The notes under the pieces were generated by a model. The model worked only from the letters and a program-made list of their open reading frames with translations, had not been told where the DNA came from and searched no databases. A stretch of DNA of 63,914 nucleotides, counting the filler, from Polymyxa betae A26-41 (lineage: Eukaryota > Protista > Endomyxa: Phytomyxea), in the NCBI GenBank assembly GCA_003693705.1. It is 5 parts of 5 records of this genome, joined end to end, with 100 filler letters (N's around TTAATTAATTAA, not from the genome) between each part and the next. Parts side by side here need not be neighbours in the genome. Positions count along the whole stretch, not along the records: positions 1 to 20,724 come from RBZT01000273.1; positions 20,825 to 41,657 come from RBZT01000698.1; 3 more parts are not named here. The stretch is one strand, 5' to 3'. Position numbers and translations under genes: made by a program. Shown piece after piece: positions 13,690 to 26,111 of this stretch (positions within the stretch are counted from its first letter, which is position 1; each line of letters begins with the position of its first letter).

Positions 13690-14808
13690 TTAATATAGTA
13701 TTATCATACAGAGTTATAAAGTTGTAAAAATTGATTTTCAAAACCCAGGCGGCGGCGTCGGATCAATGCCAGCCTTAGCGGATGCGTTATAAATGGGCTT
13801 ATGCGGGCAGGCCATAGACGCTAGATACTTGCTTTGGCGGGCCACGATATAGAATGCTGAAGATATTAACACAATTACGCCGTTCTCCGACCTAAGGCAG
13901 GATCTGAAAACAGATTTTGCCAACAAGCGCTCCTCTTTGAGATATTCCGGTTGAAAATTCATTGTAAACTATAATGACTATAATATTATAAAACTGTTAA
14001 ATACCCTTAATTACAGTTATATTTCGAAAATCATGGTGCACTAGCTCTCTTGCTGTCATCCCTCCACTAGAACAGTCATCCAAAGTACATAAGCCATAAG
14101 GGTCTCTCACCGATACCTGATCTATCGACGTTGATGGCCGGTAGCACACCATCAGAGCGCAGGCACAGCTGGCGGTCGGAGCATACCCAGGCTCTCCGCC
14201 TGCATTTGCTAGAACATGACCACGCTCAAGCCCTGACTGGGGGGACCGTCTAGGAGTGCTGTAATATCTTCCGAGATATGGATGTTAACTAACTAGGAGG
14301 CCGCATCCTCTCAATGAGGAATAAACTTGCAAAAGGTCGACTTTAACGAATTTGCGAACACTCATATATTTGACGATCATTTAGACAATGTAACAGGAGG
14401 TTCCAATCCAGAAAGACCTTCAATCCTTGTACAAAATCAGCAAAAACCTAACGAAGGCGAAAAACATCCCATCCTTTCCGAAGAAATGTAAGAGGCTCCG
14501 GTCTTCAGCAGCTTCAACTTCATCAGCCAAAAATGATCGCCAATCTAATTTGGTCATACACAAGACGGTCGAGTTCATCGATCAGAACGAGAAATATTAT
14601 TATTGCTATCTCATAAAACAAAAGCAGAAATTTATCCGTAGCGGCATTATGGCCTACCCCCAACCTACCCCCGACCTACCCACCGTACCCCCTCGCGCTC
14701 TGATACGGGCTCACGCGCACATTTGCGGCGCGGCCCTCGCGCGAAGCAATCGTCCTCTTCGCCTCAATTTAGTCAGGATATTCGACGAGCTCGGCTGCAG
14801 ACCAAAAT

Positions 14809-15966
14809 GGATCCGATGTCCGCTTCCCAGGAGGACTACGTCAATGAGCTGGTCGGACGTGTTCTGGATCAAATGCGATTGTCCTACTCTGCTCACTCTA
14901 CCGGTTTAACTGGAAGTCGTGAGCTGGCTGCCAATACATTAACACAGTACAGTTTTTTGTTTATTGCTTTTAAGCGGTTTTTAAAACGTATTACGGATTT
15001 TTTCTCCACTATTGATTTTAGATGAAAATGCACCAACCGAATTCTGTCCCTCTTTAAGTGCCGACTCGCTCATCGCCTATATCGACAATAAAGTCCTACC
15101 AGAAGGAACTCCTGTGACTATCATGGCTGATACTGCTTCAGACCCAGGACGAGTTGGTCCCGTAATCGACATTTTCAGTAAAAGGCCTCTCTCCGCACAA
15201 AAAGTTGGGGATCTCCAGGTTCATGCAACCAGTTTCTTTCTGCAATTTCTACATTGAATAGTGCCCGCAAGCAAAATGGACAATATCAAGAGCCCTGTAC
15301 AGAATGACATTTTTCAGTATGCTCAAAGATTGACGGGCTGTAGATTTCATCCGGACTTTGCCCGATTATGGCGTACTGGATGCCCTCTCAGCCTGGAGCA
15401 GGTCAAGAATAGGTATACTAAGGTAACGAAAACTGATATTCCGGATTATGTTGCACAAGGTAACAGCCCACTTCTTTCTCATGAACTGGTTACAGTTAGA
15501 AACTCTTTATTAAGCAGAAATGATCGTGCTGGGATGCGTATCTGGGTAATGATTCTATTTCACATACAGTTATTTTTGCGTTCTGCTGAGGGTTTTTCCT
15601 TTACGTTTGAAGATTTTGTCTATGGATTGACATCCGTAGATCCGGTCACAAAACAAGATGCTGCAATCGAGTTAAAAATTAGAGGTAAAAGTGATGAATC
15701 TTCGAAGTTGATGATCTGGAGAAAGGAAAAAGTTCCAGAATTGTGCTTGGTTCGTCACCTTTTGGCCTGGGTTCATATTTTGGGAAAAGATTCTGGTTAT
15801 CTTTTGCCGGACCCTTCCGGAGATTCCGGGAGAGATCCGAAAAAATTCAATATCCAGTGCGTATGTTTTTTTTGTTTCTTTATTGTATGGACTTTGGATG
15901 CAGGTTTCAAAAAGTGCTTGAGAGCGCCCTGAGACGTCATGGAGTTTTTGGGACGCACTCTGTACG
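14809..15966 (+). mobile_element. Crypton-like tyrosine recombinase (CryptonS-like), intron-containing, truncated by a Gypsy insertion
   Basis: Catalytic motifs QLFLRSAE (R), IRGKSD (K), ELCLVRHLLAW and FGTHSVR (HxxR). A 47-nt GTGCGT...TGCAG intron (15857-15903) joins the frames. Confidence 0.75.
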
Positions 15967-16234
15967 TGTGGTGAATGGGAGATGGAGACCCGAGATCGAT
16001 GGCACACGATCCTGTATTGGTGCTTGTAAGTAGAAAAGAAGTTGTCTGGAGTAGGGAGCAAGAAAAAGACTGGCTTTGGCAGGTCGCGGAAAGCTTCACA
16101 AATTCATAAGGCGCGTGCCTTGGACAGCACGACGGGACCGCAGCGACCTGCTGGCACGCGTCCTTTCCGCGGACATTGGCGGTGGGGACCCAGCGATTCT
16201 GGATTGCGGCTCCGAGATTGTCGTGGGCACGACA
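15967..16234 (-). repeat. 3' LTR of the Gypsy chromovirus
   Basis: On the minus strand it starts TGTCGTG directly after the purine tract GAGAGGGAGCGA. It ends CACCACA exactly where the Crypton frame breaks. Confidence 0.75.
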
Positions 16235-17468
16235 TCGCTCCCTCTCAAATTGGGACGGGGGGCGCGGACTGGACGGGATCTCCAATAGTCACTTATGCTG
16301 CGAGTATCGATGAAGTGTTTCTGGGGTTCCCAGGAATCATGGTTGGGCTCAAAGCCCTTCCATCGGACCAGATAATGGCGGTCGTCGGGCGGACCTTTGT
16401 GCTTGAGGATTTTGTCCACGACATGAGTATCACTATCGAGGGCACGGCTTAGGCTGATCAATTTCAGTTGGGAGGGTGCGGCTGCGCATGACAAAATGGA
16501 CCAGTCGGTGTTGAGAAGGATATAGGATCCGCCTTTCGTTCGCCGGACGACTTTAAACGGGCCTAAATAATACGGTTCAGTTTTAGAATAGCGGACAGGG
16601 TCCTTCATCATGACGGCGGAGTTTATCGGGAACGGGTCGTCGGGAAGAATACGGTGGCGACGTGCGTACTGGGAAATGGCTGCGGCTGCATGCGAGGAGT
16701 GTAGGTCTTTGATTGCGGGAAAAACGACCTGCTGTGCCCACTGTAGTCGCTCACGGACGGATTCATATGTAAGAGTCTAGGAGTTGATGTTGGAAAAGTC
16801 CGTAAACTGGTTTGCAGATCGGCAAAACATCACGGAGAATGGTGTACTTGAGTGCGCGGAGGCGACCTTCAAGTTGATGAACAGCTGGACTGCGGGGACG
16901 TAGCGGTCCCACTCCCTCTCCTCGCCGTTGAGAAGCTTCTTGATGGCGCGGCAGGCGGTTTGGACGGAACGCTCAGCGAGTCCGTTAGCCCTAGATGGTA
17001 AGCGGTGACAAGTCGGTGGTCGATATTACAGTTGCGCACCAGCGCGGAGATGAGTTGGTTAACAAACTCCGTGCCGTTATCGGATTGGATGACTTTTGGA
17101 AAACCGAAGTCGATGAAAGGCGAAAACAAAGCAGATGCCACGGACTGCGCAGATTTGTCCGGAAGTGGGAGAAGAAAGACGTAACGGGTAAAGACGAAGA
17201 CGACAACCAGCAGGACGTTCGTGCCGCGAGGTGAGGTGGGGAAGGAGAGCGCGGTGCCGCTCGCGATGTGGTCCATTGGGGCGTCGGCGGTGATTGGGGT
17301 GAGAGGATGGAATCCATGCTGAACAATGGTAAACCTCTGAAATTGGGGGCATTGCTTGAGGTATTCATCAACATCTGCACGCATTCGAGGCCAGTGAAGG
17401 CCGGACTTCAGTAACTGCGTAACAGTGGCCTTCACTCCAAAGTGGCCCATCAGATGCGAACGCTCCAT
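16235..17468 (-). pseudogene. Gypsy integrase plus chromodomain (frameshifted)
   Basis: SHLMGHFG...CPQFQ, VIQSDNGTEFVN, YYLGPFKVV, VVDKILKH...YLVRWKGFEPNHDSWEP. Confidence 0.85.
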
Positions 17469-17473
17469 GGCGG

Positions 17474-19120
17474 CTAGGCGCGCAGATTCCGGGACAGCAG
17501 CTGTTCATTGTGATGTAACGCGATGCTCGGAGGCTGCGAAAAAGATGGGTAAAGACGCGATAGGCGGTCTGGAAGAATGTTGAGAACTCCGGGCCGATGC
17601 GTGATGTGAAAATCGTAAGACAGAATTGTTTCAAGCCATCCGGTAAGCATTGGATTGAGCTCCTTCTGTGTAAACAAGAAAGTCAGTGACCTGTGATCTG
17701 TGAAGAGATGAATGCGGTTGCCCCATAGATAAAAATGGAGCTTCTTCAGCGTGAAAACGATGGCCAGTAGCTCTCGTTTAGTTGCCGAATAGTTGCGTTC
17801 GGCTTGATGGAGAGCTCGAGCAACGAATGTGATCCATCGCCGGTTGGAGGCTGTGTCTGGCAGGGATTGGTCTGCGAGCTGATACAGAACGCCGGCAATA
17901 CCGGTTCCGGAGGCGTCCACTGCGACGCAGAACTGTTTGTCGAAATCCGGGAATGATAGGAAGGGAGCATCCGAAAGGATATCCTTGGTCGCCGAACACG
18001 CGGTTTCGGCTCTTGGGGTCCAATCTGAGGGATGAATGTGCGCGGAGGAGCGGAGTTGCTCGAGAGGGGCGGCTAGAGTGGCGTAGTCCGGAATGAAGTC
18101 GCGGAAATAGTTGAGAAGGCCGAGATATTGCTGTACCTGTTTGCCGGACTGCGGAGTCGGCCATTTCTGGATATCGATTAATTTACGACGGTCAATGGCG
18201 ATACCGTGAATAGAGAGGACATGTCCTAGAAGATGGAGGGATTGTTTGAAAAATTTGCACTGGCTGAGACCGAGTCGTAGATTGGCTGATGTCAGGCGGT
18301 TGATTGTATCTACAAGGTCGGATACGTGACCTTCGATGGAGAATGACCCGATGGTCACATCGTCCTGGAACGGAACGGCACTGGTGCTGTCGTTGAAAAT
18401 CGCGGTGACGGTTCGCTGAAGGACGGTTGATGTCGGGGTGAGACCGAATGGGGTGCCTACGAACATGTATTGGCGATCGTTCCATGAAAACGCGACCTTT
18501 TCGCGATTTGGCGGGTGAATGGGAGGCTGTAGAAAGCTCTGTTCAAGATCAATGCTGGAAAACACGCAACGTCCGGACTATTTTTCGAAAACGTCTCGAA
18601 CGCGTGGCATGGGAAACTTCTCGGCGATCTGGAGCTTCGCGTTCAATTTTCTAAGGTCTATGCAGACTCTTCCTGGAGACTTGGTTCCGTCGGGATTCTT
18701 CTTAGGAACAACCAGGAGCGGATGGTTCCATAGGCATGTGCGAGGGGCTGGGGCGACCTTTCCGTCTGCCAGCCACTGCTCAATCTGGTTGTCGACGATG
18801 GGCTTTAAGTGGTGGGCGATTCGGTATTGGTTGCTGTAGGCAGGTTTTTCATGACCAGTCTCTAAGAATACGACGGCCTCCGGACGGTTGCAGAACGTGT
18901 TGGTTGGTATGGATTGGTTCCGGTCGATAGCATCGACGAGGGCTTGGTGAAGGTGAACTTCGCTGACGGGATCAGAGTCGGGCATGAGAGAGGATTCTGG
19001 GTCATCGGGGGCAGGTTCAAGTTGCGGAGTCGACGGATTCGGGAGCCCGGAGATTGCGATTCCGAGCTTCGTGAAGAGATCGCGCCCGATGAGGATGCGG
19101 ACTCCGGCTGGGGGTTGATG
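17474..19120 (-). pseudogene. Gypsy RT-RNase H (in-frame TAG at 18578)
   Basis: WNHPLLVVPKK, RVCIDLRKLN, FSSIDL, YMFVGTPFGL, PFQDD, LGLLNYFRDFI, NYSATKRELLAIV. Confidence 0.9.
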
Positions 19121-20325
19121 ATTTCGAAACGATGATCGTAACGTTGGGATCCCCATGTGAACGGGAGCTCGATCGTGCCAATTCGCGGAACCAATATCCC
19201 ATCGGAGCCTAAGGAAACACGGCTGTCAGTTGGAGCTGGAATGAATGAGTTGCGCAATGTTGGGGGAAGCTGGTTGACAAGGGTCTGCGGGACTCCGGAG
19301 TGGGAGGCTCCGCTGTCGATGCAGGCGGTCTCCTGGAAGTCATCGCCGATGGTCATGGGAACGAAGAACGCAGCTGTGTAGTCTACGGAGTTTGTGGAAT
19401 GGATGCTGCGCGCAGGCTCGTCGAGAAGGTCCAGTACGTCGTCAATGGTAGCCTCAGATGAGGATGGACAGGCCACGGAACGCAGTTGCGGGGTCGCGAC
19501 TCGATGGAAATTGACAGTGTGTCGTGACTGAGCTGCTGGGGTCGCATTTAAAGTATTCTGCGGGCAGTTGCTGATCAGATGGTCAGTGGATTGGCATTTG
19601 AAACACGCCCGTATGGAGGATGACGGGTTCTGGGTTGTTTGGGAGGTAGAGTTGCTGGCGGCGCGGCACTCGGAAGCGTCATGGGCGGTTGAATTGTGAA
19701 GAGGACACCTTTTTCCGGCCCCTCTTTGAGCCTGGCAGGACGAGTCATCATGTCCGGAGCTGCGGTGAAAACTGCACCAGCGACCAGTACTGCCGGATGG
19801 GTTGGTGTTGGCAGCCGGAGTGTGCTGCTGGAAACGTTCGGCGGGGTATATAGCGACGAGTGTGTCGATAACGGCCTGTACGGATCTGGTGGCCTGAGGG
19901 CGTGAGAATTTGACGACGTGCAGGTCCTTCCGGACGTAATCGGGAAGCCTCTGTAAAAGATGGATTACGCGATCATCGGAGTTCGGGTCGAGCTCGGCGA
20001 GCCGCATTGCCTGAACATAACTGTCAGTAAAGGCAAGTATTCCCTCTTTAGGACCGCGTCGGATCGATTCGAGCTGATCGCGATAGGAAGCGATCATATC
20101 GTCCGACACGAAATGCTGCAAGACTCGCTGACGTGCTTGTGGCCACGAAAGTCCGGTCAGTTCGCTTCCACACCAGTCGGCCACGATACGTTCACAGCAT
20201 GCAATGAGAGCTAATACAAAACGTTGCCGAGGATAACCGTGCGCGTCGAGCTTGTCTTCAAAGCCGGAAATGAATTCGCGAACATTGATTGTGGTGGAAG
20301 AAGATGGGCGTTGGAATCTGGGCAT
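18862..20325 (-). CDS. Gypsy gag-protease ORF
   Basis: 487-aa ORF with a capsid-like region, CSFHRSSGHDDSSC, CPLHNSTAHDASEC, CFKCQSTDHLISNC and ACIDSGAS. Confidence 0.85.
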   Translation of the reverse strand: MPRFQRPSSSTTINVREFISGFEDKLDAHGYPRQRFVLALIACCERIVADWCGSELTGLSWPQARQRVLQHFVSDDMIASYRDQLESIRRGPKEGILAFTDSYVQAMRLAELDPNSDDRVIHLLQRLPDYVRKDLHVVKFSRPQATRSVQAVIDTLVAIYPAERFQQHTPAANTNPSGSTGRWCSFHRSSGHDDSSCQAQRGAGKRCPLHNSTAHDASECRAASNSTSQTTQNPSSSIRACFKCQSTDHLISNCPQNTLNATPAAQSRHTVNFHRVATPQLRSVACPSSSEATIDDVLDLLDEPARSIHSTNSVDYTAAFFVPMTIGDDFQETACIDSGASHSGVPQTLVNQLPPTLRNSFIPAPTDSRVSLGSDGILVPRIGTIELPFTWGSQRYDHRFEIINPQPESASSSGAISSRSSESQSPGSRIRRLRNLNLPPMTQNPLSCPTLIPSAKFTFTKPSSMLSTGTNPYQPTRSATVRRPSYS

Positions 20326-20724
20326 GTTCGGTGGCAGTGGGCTTGACCGCTCGGACGACTGTGCGTTGAGGATCTCCTGGCGCTGAGATGTTGGAGGTGG
20401 CGGAGTTACGCTGTAGGTTTGTGCCGCTGAGGTGATGTCCGAGGGTTGCTGGAAGCAAACAGTATTGCGGAGAGGGGTAGGGTTAGGGTTTTGTTCTGGA
20501 ACTGCGAATCAGGCCCTAAGTTCGGACTGTATTGTGATGAGGGATTTTAACTGGTCATTCAGAGAAACAATCTCAGTATGAAGGCTTTTAGAGAGCTTGG
20601 CGTCGTTCGCGGACAAACGTGCAAATTGAGAGTTGATAAGTAGGGTATTCCACTGCTGGGACAGGGCTGAGATACGGGAGCGTAAAGTGGCGATGAGTGT
20701 GTTGAAGCCTACTGAGGCAAATAA

Positions 20725-20824
20725 NNNNNNNNNNNNNNNNNNNNNNNNNNNNNNNNNNNNNNNNNNNNTTAATTAATTAANNNNNNNNNNNNNNNNNNNN
20801 NNNNNNNNNNNNNNNNNNNNNNNN
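20725..20824. other. Artificial contig-joining linker
   Basis: N44-TTAATTAATTAA-N44 with stops in all six frames. The same 100-bp linker occurs four times. Confidence 0.98.
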
Positions 20825-20881
20825 GATGTTGTATACGCCCTGAAACGTCAAGGCAAGACCATCTATGGTTTCGGCGGTTAA
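20825..20881 (+). CDS. H4: Histone H4, 3' end (partial at contig edge)
   Basis: Translates DVVYALKRQGKTIYGFGG*. Confidence 0.95.
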   Translation, partial: DVVYALKRQGKTIYGFGG

Positions 20882-21971
20882 AGTGTTCTCTTTAACCAAA
20901 AGAGCATTCCATACAGCAACTTCTCTGTATATATCTATTCTAATAATCTCTTCGAAAATCAATAATATAAGCTATAATTTTACGTTCATTTTAAAAATCG
21001 TTTCGTCTTCTGAATCTGAGAGTAGCCATTCTTTGCAGCCATGGACAGAGGTTAGGAACTTGGTGGTCTTGGGGGCCCCATTTATTGATAAACTGGCGAA
21101 CATCTCTAAATGGCAATGCTCTGAAGAAACCGTCATCAATAATTTGTTTCTGTTTGTCGTTGGTCATCAACCTGTAAGGCGTCGAACCACAGAAACACGT
21201 CGTTTGTCAGGGACCAATTTATTGTGGTCTTTGTTCCCATTTGAATTTTTCATCTTGCTCTATGAACTAACACCAGTATATCACTGGTATTGTCATCATA
21301 ATGTATCAATTAAGAGGGCAACTGATTTGCATGATATCAGCGAACCTTCATTGATGCTGTTGCGTCGCGATTGCAAGGTTTATTGTGGGATAAAGAGTCC
21401 GGCATGATTAACTAACTGTACATGATAACATTCGTCTTCCTTTTCCCATCACCTTCCGCCTTAATGATCGTGAAGAGCCTAGGTAGCGATAACCATCTCC
21501 AGACAGAAATGAAATCTGTTGATACTTGACAGATTCCGAGATAGAACCGGTTTGTGCTGGTTTGTTAAATTTGCGAGATTTCTTCAGCTCACTCCGTATC
21601 CAGACGAAACAGTAAATTGTTTTGAGCTGATTCTGTATATGATGGTGACAGATTTATTGGGATTGGATCTGACTGATTCAGACTGAATTGAATTATAATG
21701 CGTCATTTATGTGAATTAAAGTCATTCAGTATTTTTGCTTACTGGGAGGCTGCAGCGCTAGAAGAAAACCATGAATTCAGATTATACTTTGCTGGAAGGC
21801 AGAATCCCAGTATCAAAAGCCTGTATTATCGAAAATTAAAGCTTGATCAACATCAACATTTTGTACAATTCTGAACATTGGCAGGGACAGATTCCTGTTG
21901 ACCAGCAGATCGATCGATAAGGAGGCCTTCGGTTGAATCACTTCGAAGAAACCATTCTGATGAATCCAGTA

Positions 21972-22619
21972 TTATTGATTCGGATGTCGGCATGAAAGTG
22001 GATTGTTTGTTTTAAATGGGCGTTTCTCTGCACATTTTTTAGAGGAAGATCTTTCATGTGTTTTGATTTGCCAAGCGCTAGCGATACGGCCGTCTTCATG
22101 CATGTTTCTGCAAGACATTATTCTGGTATATCTTCCATCAGGAATTCTTCCAACGATGAAAGTGTCCATCTCGGCATCGTTCCTTCAGCCGTGTTAGCAG
22201 TCGCATCCTGGACTTGAGAGTTCTTAGAGATCTGGCAGCTGGGCGTGGACTTAACAGCAGAAGCAGAAGGGACGGAAATCTGTAGCAAAATTAGAAGAAT
22301 AATGGAACATTTTTTATGGTGGTTACCGGAGATTGAAACACGGGACGACGTTCTGGGTTCTGATGCGGAATCGTTAAAATCAGACAAACGCAGATGGTCG
22401 GGAGAATGTGATGTTACCTGGCCTGCCCTGCTTCGAAGCCGTTTGCGTCCGTCTGCGGCTTCAGATAGAGCGGCTGTTACCAGGAAAACAGCCAGCCAGC
22501 GCCATTTCGCGTCCACGACAACTGAGGACTTTGCGCGATCCGGAAAATCTTCATCAAATTCCTAAACAACAAATTTCCCGCATATTCAGCCATTTGACTT
22601 TTACTGTTTCTGCGTCCAT
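21972..22619 (-). CDS. Probable multi-exon hypothetical protein with an N-terminal hydrophobic segment
   Basis: Exon reads DAKWRWLAVFLVTAALSEAADG, preceded by a plausible ~43-nt GT..AG intron. No recognisable domain; boundaries uncertain. Confidence 0.3.
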
Positions 22620-23215
22620 TCATTGGTGAAGTGCCCGTTCGGGGAGCATGGAGTCCGGATTATCGAGTACGAGAATTTGAATTCTTAATAACCGAGTTGA
22701 TGGCTAAGTTTCGGCTGCTGATTTATTGAAATGTTACGCTGGCTACGTATTAGCTTTGAGCGTCGCTGGAAGCACCGGCAGACGCCAGAAGAAGTTTAGC
22801 ATTGTGTAATATGACAAGAGAAGTTCTGGCTTTGCCAGTAGAGGAGATTGTATTTTGAATACTATCAGAGAGGTGATCATTCCCTCAATGGCAAGTTGGG
22901 GCCTGCGTCCAGAGATCGAGAAATGTCCAGTTCATGCTTAAAGTCGTAACAATTGGCATTCAATGACATTAAGAAAACAGTTTTGCTTAAATACGCCCAG
23001 CAATCAATAAAAGAAGATGACTGGAAAACAACAAACTAGAAAAAGATAATCATATCAGCTTCAGAAAACAAAGAAAGATAGTTTCAGAACGACATTCCTT
23101 CCATGCTACAATTCAGGAGCTGCACCGTTTTGTCATTTCTGTAAAGCAATGTGCTAAAATCCTGGTCCAGAGATGATCCAGACAGGGGGGTGGCTTATAA
23201 AAGGCAAAAAAAGAA

Positions 23216-23299
23216 TGCATTCGATGGGATTTGAACCCACGCCCTCTGATGAGGATCCGAACTTGAGTCGGACGCCTTGGACCGCTCGGCCACAAATGC
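23216..23299 (-). tRNA. tRNA-Leu(CAA)
   Basis: Full cloverleaf GCATTTG...CTCAAGT...GGTTCAAATCCC...CGAATGCA with a long variable arm and a downstream T-run terminator. Confidence 0.95.
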
Positions 23300-25994
23300 T
23301 GAGCTGCTACACAACAAAAAATTCGTACAAAAGCAGCTTTGTATTGATAGGAACATGAACTGAAAGGATTTGGGTTCTCTTACGAGGCTGCCCTAATGCC
23401 CAGCATATTCTTGGGATATCCAGCCTTCGGAGTTACAGCGGTTTCCGTAGGAGCTTTTCATGAATCACCAATGTTCCAAAAACACTGTAATGGCCGATGA
23501 ATCGCACCGAGCTTTCCATTGTCCTGCGTCGTTCTCCGACTGCTTCATTGCAGATAAACTCCAGAGCAGGATGTTTGAATATCAAAAGTGTTCTGGTAAA
23601 GACACACCATTGAATAATTTAGTTGCTCAGGACCCTAGGTGAGGCTTATTCGTGGACCTTTGGGATAATTTTTGCAAAAGTTTCTTCAAGTTTTATTGTT
23701 TTTGAGGTTTACCAAGTCTATTGAAACGCTACAATCATCTCCCGAGTGAACCTGGGTAGATTGCAATGTGCTCAGAATGCCTTCATGGCTCCCTTCCACC
23801 GACAAATCCGACCATCTATCACATTGTTCCAATTCGTATTTGGGTAAGATTTTATATTCAATCGGACTTCTCTTCCACGGAATCAAACTCTGTTGCATTC
23901 CGCCAGAATGTCATGATAACATGTCACAGCTGTCATGACGCCTCGTTAAGCTCGAAAGCCTACAGGCATGGATATTGAAAAAGCGTTTTCCAATCAAAAT
24001 AGGGTTTTAGGGTTATAATAACGAAGAGCGCCTTTTGGTCGCCATGACCACATCAGTCTGTGAACGTACGATATGTTTCATCGAGCTAAGAAGCGAAGTC
24101 CCTGTGAGGTCCTGCGACACAAATCTCTTCAATTATCTCATTACGCCTGTCTGGCCTTTACAAAGATGTTGTTATAATCATCGCAACCCGAGCTGTCAAA
24201 AATCGCCGAGATTCCTCGCTTGCGCCGTCCGGTACGTCGAAGGACTGTCCGCTGATACAGGATCCGCCCTGCCCAATATCCTGAATGTAATCAGATTGAC
24301 TGACGCTGAGCTGAGCTACAAGGATCTTCTACCACTCACGTCGAACTATTTTCATTCTGCAGTTTTCGGAGATAGTTGCTGCCAGGACGCGTTTCATAAC
24401 CATGGTAACGTATACAGTATCATAACTCCTATCGTGAAAATGCTATCAACAGCTCTGTAACTCCGATTGTAATGAAGACGCACGACGCTGGGGTGAAACG
24501 TCCAGCATTCGCCTTTCGGGATCTTGTGCAGTCCAGGCCCGCAATTTGCTCGTAGCCGAAAGGCGACCTTCCATTTTTCAGGTCGGATTCCGCAGGCCGA
24601 AAACCCTCACGCATGTGCTGGCTACTTTTCAATTCTACAAAGTTTTCGTGTCGATCTCCGCATCGAATTCCGAGAGGATCTTTAGTCGGATGTCGGATTC
24701 TGCTTGGAGCGGTCCAGTACGGCTGATCGTCAATGACGTCTGCGGTGATATTCACGTCGCTTCCGCTGACGAATCCAATTGATTGAAGCTCGGGAGATTG
24801 GGCCACCGAATCGGGTGATACCAGCCCATATCCGGGTCTATCATCTGCGGACTACAAAACTAGAAATGAATCATCTGATCATTACATCATGTTATTGCAG
24901 AATGTATCTGTTCGGGCTATTCTTGACATGTATCGAGTAACATTGTGATAATGATGTTATCGAGCCGAAACGACGCTGGATACATTGTAGATTCACGACA
25001 GATTGCAGCGACTATCTCCCTAGATACAAAACCGACTCTTTCAATGCGAAAGACTCCGGTCAACTTTTGAATAGCGGCAGAATTTTAGTGTGATTCAAGA
25101 AAGCCACAGCAGCCGGATGCAGGAAGAAGACAGAATCGATTTTCAATGATCTAATGATCAAACGAATTTCGAAAACAGCAGAAGAATTTCTGGGCCATCA
25201 AAATGTAATCGTTTGAGGAGATGGCGGTTAACATGCGATATTTTTGTCGTTCATTAAACAAAAATCAGACGAGCCGGGGCACTTGGATGACTTAACTGAT
25301 CGAATGATGCCAGAGGGGTTTGAGTCTGCCTGGGTTATTTCAATGCTCATTGTAGTTTGATATCCAAAATTGGGAGAATTGAAAAATATTCCATCACCTC
25401 CGGCTTTCGCTCGCGCAAAACTGGTCTAAAACCCGTTTGATTTTGCAATTCGGAGAGATAGATTGCATAATCGATCTGGTGTGAATCTTATATGAGAGCG
25501 ATACTGCATGGGGATCTATCAGTGCTATTAAATCGAGCAGATACACGTCGGTTACAAAACCACGCAATCCAGCTTGAGCTCATCACACTTCGGAAAAGTG
25601 TACCAGAAGACGTCCGGAACTATCTCACGTGAATTTCGGACCTGACCAGAGCGACAATGAATGAAAAATTGAAATATTTGATGAGTCCAATCTGCAAAAT
25701 CCCCTTTAGAGCCAAACTCGCTGAAGAATGTCTGACAATCTGTTATGCTAAGCATGAATATATTCACTTGTAGAAATCCAAGATGGTTTGGTATCATTAT
25801 TTGTGTGGAGGGGGTGTACATAGCCACAGCCGGATTTACAGACAGAAAGTCTCCCTCCAATCAGATGAAATTCGGCTGTTGCAGGAACCAAACTCAATGG
25901 AAGATAAACAGATAGCAACAATGCTACATTGGATTTGAAAAAAGATTCGTGAACCAAAGTGATGAATCTCGGGTCACCGTGCAACAAAATGAAA

Positions 25995-26067
25995 TGCTCC
26001 GCGCCGGGCTCGAACCGACGACCTTTGGCTTATTAGACCAATGCTCTACCGACTGAGCTAGCAGAGC
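25995..26067 (-). tRNA. tRNA-Ile(AAT)
   Basis: GCTCTGCTAGCTCAGTCGGTAGAGC...CTAATAA...GGTTCGAGCCC...GGAGCA. Confidence 0.95.
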
Positions 26068-26111
26068 CCGCTGCAGATCGTTAGACTGGAGAGCTCATAA
26101 TGTAAGAGCAC

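Larger units (their letters stand above)
15967..20724 (-). mobile_element. Ty3/Gypsy chromovirus (gag-PR-RT-RH-IN-chromodomain), disrupted; 5' LTR not in contig
   Basis: Gag with zinc knuckles, protease IDSGAS, RT (RVCIDLRKLN, TPFGL, PFQDD), RNase H (VDASG, RELLA, TDH), integrase (H..GH..CxxF, IQSDNGTEF, GPF) and chromodomain (YLVRWKGF...SWEP). Confidence 0.95.

Noticed and set aside
19110-19114. Programmed -1 frameshift in the Gypsy element
   Set aside because: It lies at the end of the protease rather than the gag-pol junction and has no X XXY YYZ heptamer; a homopolymer indel is simpler.
20769-20780. TTAATTAATTAA palindrome repeated four times as a possible biological repeat or CRISPR-like unit
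   Set aside because: It is always centred in identical N runs, so it is a synthetic six-frame-stop linker. Gene adjacency across the linkers carries no meaning.
20882-20910. Hairpin CTCTTT-AACCA-AAAGAG after H4 as a histone stem-loop
   Set aside because: It does not match the 6-bp stem/4-nt loop consensus and is absent after the second H4 copy.
20865-21407. 180-aa plus-strand ORF
   Set aside because: It overlaps the H4 3' end out of frame and has no recognisable features; probably spurious or antisense to minus-strand exons.
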